Below are positions 60,468 to 64,000 of a stretch of 64,000 nt of DNA, piece by piece. A program made the position numbers and the translations under genes. Below the pieces are notes generated by a model. It searched no databases. It was given only the letters and a program-made list of their open reading frames with translations, and was not told the origin of the DNA. The stretch comes from Nitrososphaerota archaeon (lineage in GTDB: Archaea; Thermoproteota; EX4484-205; JAAOZP01): positions 76,141 through 140,140 of the forward strand of contig JAAOZP010000014.1 of NCBI GenBank assembly GCA_011605725.1. Reading direction: 5' to 3'. Numbering within the stretch: position 1 is the stretch's first letter; each line of letters begins with the position of its first letter.

Positions 60468-61463
60468 ATGGGAGGAAAAGTAGCATTAGTTGATGAATAC
60501 GGTGCTTTTCTCTCGGTTAAACAGGGAAGATTTCAATTGAAAATCGGCGGCGAGGTCAAGTGGGAGCTAGCGCCGGTGGAAGTAGACTCTATAGTCTTCG
60601 TAAAAGAAGGATGCTCATTATCTGCCGCAGCCGTCGTGCTTGCAAACGAGTTCGGAATAGACATGGTCTTTATGAAGGGAAACTCTCCGCAAGCAAGACT
60701 GGTCCCAGCAAAATACGGTACGACGATGCTGACATGGAACAAGCAATTAAAGGCGTTCGAAAACGAGTATAGGAAAACAGAATTTTCAAAGAAATTCGTA
60801 GAGGGTAAGATACACAACCAGAGGATGGTTATAATGGAATATGCGTATAAGCAGAGGGCAAAAGGTAAACCGATGAGGGACCTTGAAAACGTAGCGTTCG
60901 AGTTAAGCCAGTATGAAAACAGTATTGTCAACACATCATCTCCCGAAGAAGCCATGAACATAGAGGCGCATGCAGCAAGAATATACTGGCAAGGCGTTTC
61001 AAAACTATTGCCGCCAGAAATAGGCTTTGTTCAAAGACTAACCAAGCAAAGGATTACGTTTGAAAGGAGCATAGACGGTTTTAATCTAGCTCTAAACATA
61101 GGCTACGCAGTCTTGAAAAAAGAAGTTTGGAACGCAGTTTTCCTAGCAGCATTAAATCCCTACGTCGGCTTCCTACACAAACCTAAATCTGGAAAAATGT
61201 CGTTAGTATTCGACTTGATGGAGGAATTCAGACCGATCGCTGTAGACAGACCTCTCATAGCGTTTGCAAGAAAAGAGAAAGAGGCAGTAAGAAATCTACC
61301 TGACGAGAGGGATAAAACCCTGCCCATCATATGGAGACAAATAGTGTCAACCATATACGGTAACGAAATGGCTTTGAAAAGGCAAATAATCTCTCAAGCA
61401 AGGCTCCTAGCGTCTGCAATAAGAGGAGAAGCCACGTATAAACCATACAAGTCTAAATGGTAA
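60468..61463 (+). CDS. cas1: Cas1
   Basis: EAHAARIYW, N.ALN.GY, GFLH, FDLMEEFR. Confidence 0.95.
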   Translation: MGGKVALVDEYGAFLSVKQGRFQLKIGGEVKWELAPVEVDSIVFVKEGCSLSAAAVVLANEFGIDMVFMKGNSPQARLVPAKYGTTMLTWNKQLKAFENEYRKTEFSKKFVEGKIHNQRMVIMEYAYKQRAKGKPMRDLENVAFELSQYENSIVNTSSPEEAMNIEAHAARIYWQGVSKLLPPEIGFVQRLTKQRITFERSIDGFNLALNIGYAVLKKEVWNAVFLAALNPYVGFLHKPKSGKMSLVFDLMEEFRPIAVDRPLIAFARKEKEAVRNLPDERDKTLPIIWRQIVSTIYGNEMALKRQIISQARLLASAIRGEATYKPYKSKW

Positions 61464-61666
61464 ACACCCTCATACTCATGTTTTTTCAGACGCCTTTATA
61501 AATAAACGCATCTTAGAAGGCCTTCAGAAAAATAGGAAGTTTTCAGGCATATTTTAGCGAGATTTGCTTAAATAGTTCCTGACACATGGGTGATTTAAAA
61601 CTTACAGGAAAATCTTAAAAACGCCGGAGAAAATCTTAAATCAGAATAGGGATATTTAAGGCTTCA
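61464..61666 (+). promoter_or_regulatory. CRISPR leader
   Basis: AT-rich non-coding DNA between cas1 and the first repeat; GAAAATCTTAAA occurs twice. Confidence 0.75.
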
Positions 61667-63999
61667 GTAGAATCTCAAAGGAGAATTGAAAGGAGCCTCT
61701 AACGTCTATATCCATTATTTCATTCCTTCCTCCTCGTAGAATCTCAAAGGAGAATTGAAAGACAAAGGGTTGATAGACGGTTCATTGAAGCATATTGCCA
61801 AGGGTAGAATCTCAAAGGAGAATTGAAAGAACTTTTGCATATCTCTTAGCTAGCACGTCAGCAGCATGTAGAATCTCAAAGGAGAATTGAAAGCTTATAT
61901 CCTGCCTTATTATAAGGCTTATCGGCTTTATCCGTAGAATCTCAAAGGAGAATTGAAAGATACTCATTTGTTGTTTTTCGGCGACTTCTTTTAGGTAGAA
62001 TCTCAAAGGAGAATTGAAAGTCTCTCTAACGCCTAAGACTAACGAGCAGTATGTTTTGAGTAGAATCTCAAAGGAGAATTGAAAGCAGAGTACACTGTTG
62101 CAGCGTTGGTTCCGTCTCCCTTCGGTAGAATCTCAAAGGAGAATTGAAAGGGTAACCCCCGTGCAACACAACCTGTCCGTCTACCTCAAGCCTGTCAGCC
62201 CCACAGAGTAGAATCTCAAAGGAGAATTGAAAGCCGCATCTTCTGGAAGATTCCTAAGCTTCTCTTCGAGTAGAATCTCAAAGGAGAATTGAAAGGCTCT
62301 TCAAACGCTCTCCTGCGGGCTTCTTTTTTAGCTATAGGTAGAATCTCAAAGGAGAATTGAAAGTTCTTTCCTCCTGCTGGAATATGGAAAGCAATTATAC
62401 GTCAGTAGAATCTCAAAGGAGAATTGAAAGTACAATATTGGCAGGGAGGTTCCGGAGTTCAGGGAGGGTAGAATCTCAAAGGAGAATTGAAAGAGCCAGA
62501 ATCTTTCCAATCATGGTTTTCTCATCTGCCTCTGTAGAATCTCAAAGGAGAATTGAAAGATCTCAACCACCCTGAGAAATAAATCTTCCCACTCATTTTG
62601 TAGAATCTCAAAGGAGAATTGAAAGACTATGCTGTTTATGGTTTGTAACATGTCGTACGGCAACGGTAGAATCTCAAAGGAGAATTGAAAGCAGCCATCT
62701 CAACCTTATCCCCGTTTCCCCTACCGTTAAAGTAGAATCTCAAAGGAGAATTGAAAGTTCTTTAGCAGGTCCCCCTACAGACTTCATGCATGCAGAGTAG
62801 AATCTCAAAGGAGAATTGAAAGGAACTTTCTCTTCCATCTCCATTCACCGTTATACTACTACCTGTAGAATCTCAAAGGAGAATTGAAAGTGAAATCTTA
62901 AACAAGGACGTCCTCCTGTTCAGGGTGAGGTAGAATCTCAAAGGAGAATTGAAAGATAAAGCCTTAATCCTATACCGCCCCCCAGCCTTAGCGTAGAATC
63001 TCAAAGGAGAATTGAAAGATCGGTAGCTCATCCATAGTCCTCTTGATATATAGCGTGTAGAATCTCAAAGGAGAATTGAAAGTAAGGTTATGGCGGTGAG
63101 AAGGGCTAAAGGGAGGGAGTAGAATCTCAAAGGAGAATTGAAAGCGCACCGTCAAGACCGGAAGCCCCTTCCCCCCATGTGGCGTAGAATCTCAAAGGAG
63201 AATTGAAAGCGTACTATATTGAGTGGTAGCGAGAGAAATTTCTATCCTCTGGGTAGAATCTCAAAGGAGAATTGAAAGTAGGAAGGGACAGGTTTACAGT
63301 TGAGGCGGAGAGTATAGTTGTGTAGAATCTCAAAGGAGAATTGAAAGACTTTTTCCTTAGCCTCCTCAACATTACTCTCTTCTTCTGTAGAATCTCAAAG
63401 GAGAATTGAAAGATTCGACTGTCCTCAACTCCTCAGCAAACTTCTCTTCCCGTAGAATCTCAAAGGAGAATTGAAAGCTCCATATACTCCATCCTCTTTA
63501 TGCAATATCCAAACGTAGAATCTCAAAGGAGAATTGAAAGATTTTTACAACAATGGGGCTTGGTTTAACCTCGGTAGTAGAATCTCAAAGGAGAATTGAA
63601 AGTGGGCAAGGCTTCGCCGGGGGGCTGCGATACTCCACCTCCACGTAGAATCTCAAAGGAGAATTGAAAGGAGCCAACTGCTTGCGTGCTTGCTCCTCAG
63701 TCATACTTACGTAGAATCTCAAAGGAGAATTGAAAGAGGCTTACTCCTTTACCCAGTTCTATGGTTTGTTTATCCACGTAGAATCTCAAAGGAGAATTGA
63801 AAGTAAGAAACAGGCCTTTATCTGTTGCCAGCAGGATTTTCCCTTGTAGAATCTCAAAGGAGAATTGAAAGACAAACGTAGAAATAAGCATAACGGCTAG
63901 CGACGCTATGTAGAATCTCAAAGGAGAATTGAAAGATATGTTGAAGAAGGGATACTAGAGTTAGCACCAGCTAGTAGAATCTCAAAGGAGAATTGAAAG
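61667..63999 (+). CRISPR. CRISPR array, 26-nt repeat GTAGAATCTCAAAGGAGAATTGAAAG; 36 repeats and 35 spacers visible, continues past the window end
   Basis: Identical repeats; spacers about 35-43 nt (one 57 nt); 3' ATTGAAAG tag and leader position give + orientation. Confidence 0.99.
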
Positions 64000-64000
64000 C

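Noticed and set aside
61812-63921. ORFs within the CRISPR array
   Set aside because: Artefacts of translating repeats (FQFSFEIL / VESQRRIE).
61693-63973. Self-targeting spacers
   Set aside because: No match to the rest of the window noticed by eye; not exhaustively tested.

Overview
64 kb of an archaeal chromosome, inferred to be a thermophilic TACK-type lineage from radA, thermosome, aEF-2, Rpp21, tetraether synthase and type I-A CRISPR. Positions 1-23 kb are mostly housekeeping: radA, two tRNA-Gly, leuA-leuC-leuD, argH, ilvB-ilvH-ilvC-ilvD, thermosome and EF-2. Positions 23-50.6 kb are a patchwork accessory region with a toxin/immunity remnant, HEPN-MNT and VapBC, glycoside hydrolases, two acylphosphatase-coiled-coil paralogs, tes, dhs and several gene fragments. 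Positions 50.6-64 kb hold a complete type I-A cas locus and a CRISPR array (36 repeats seen) that runs off the window. Top finding: the leu and ilv operons each start with a matching unannotated leader (TTAATATA box, AGGAGGTG SD, GTG-started 26/27-aa uORF with A-x-R-G-R-D-x at identical positions). Codon 14 is Leu before leuA and Val before ilvB, and both leaders can form alternative hairpins, which suggests an archaeal amino-acid-sensing attenuator. Other leads: a palindrome-centred strand-skew switch inside the EF-2 gene, (GC)n tracts at accessory-gene junctions, a NikR-like operator before two His-containing membrane proteins, a C33/A15-U48 tRNA-Gly, and an elongated Cas7. All calls were made by eye; no searches were run.
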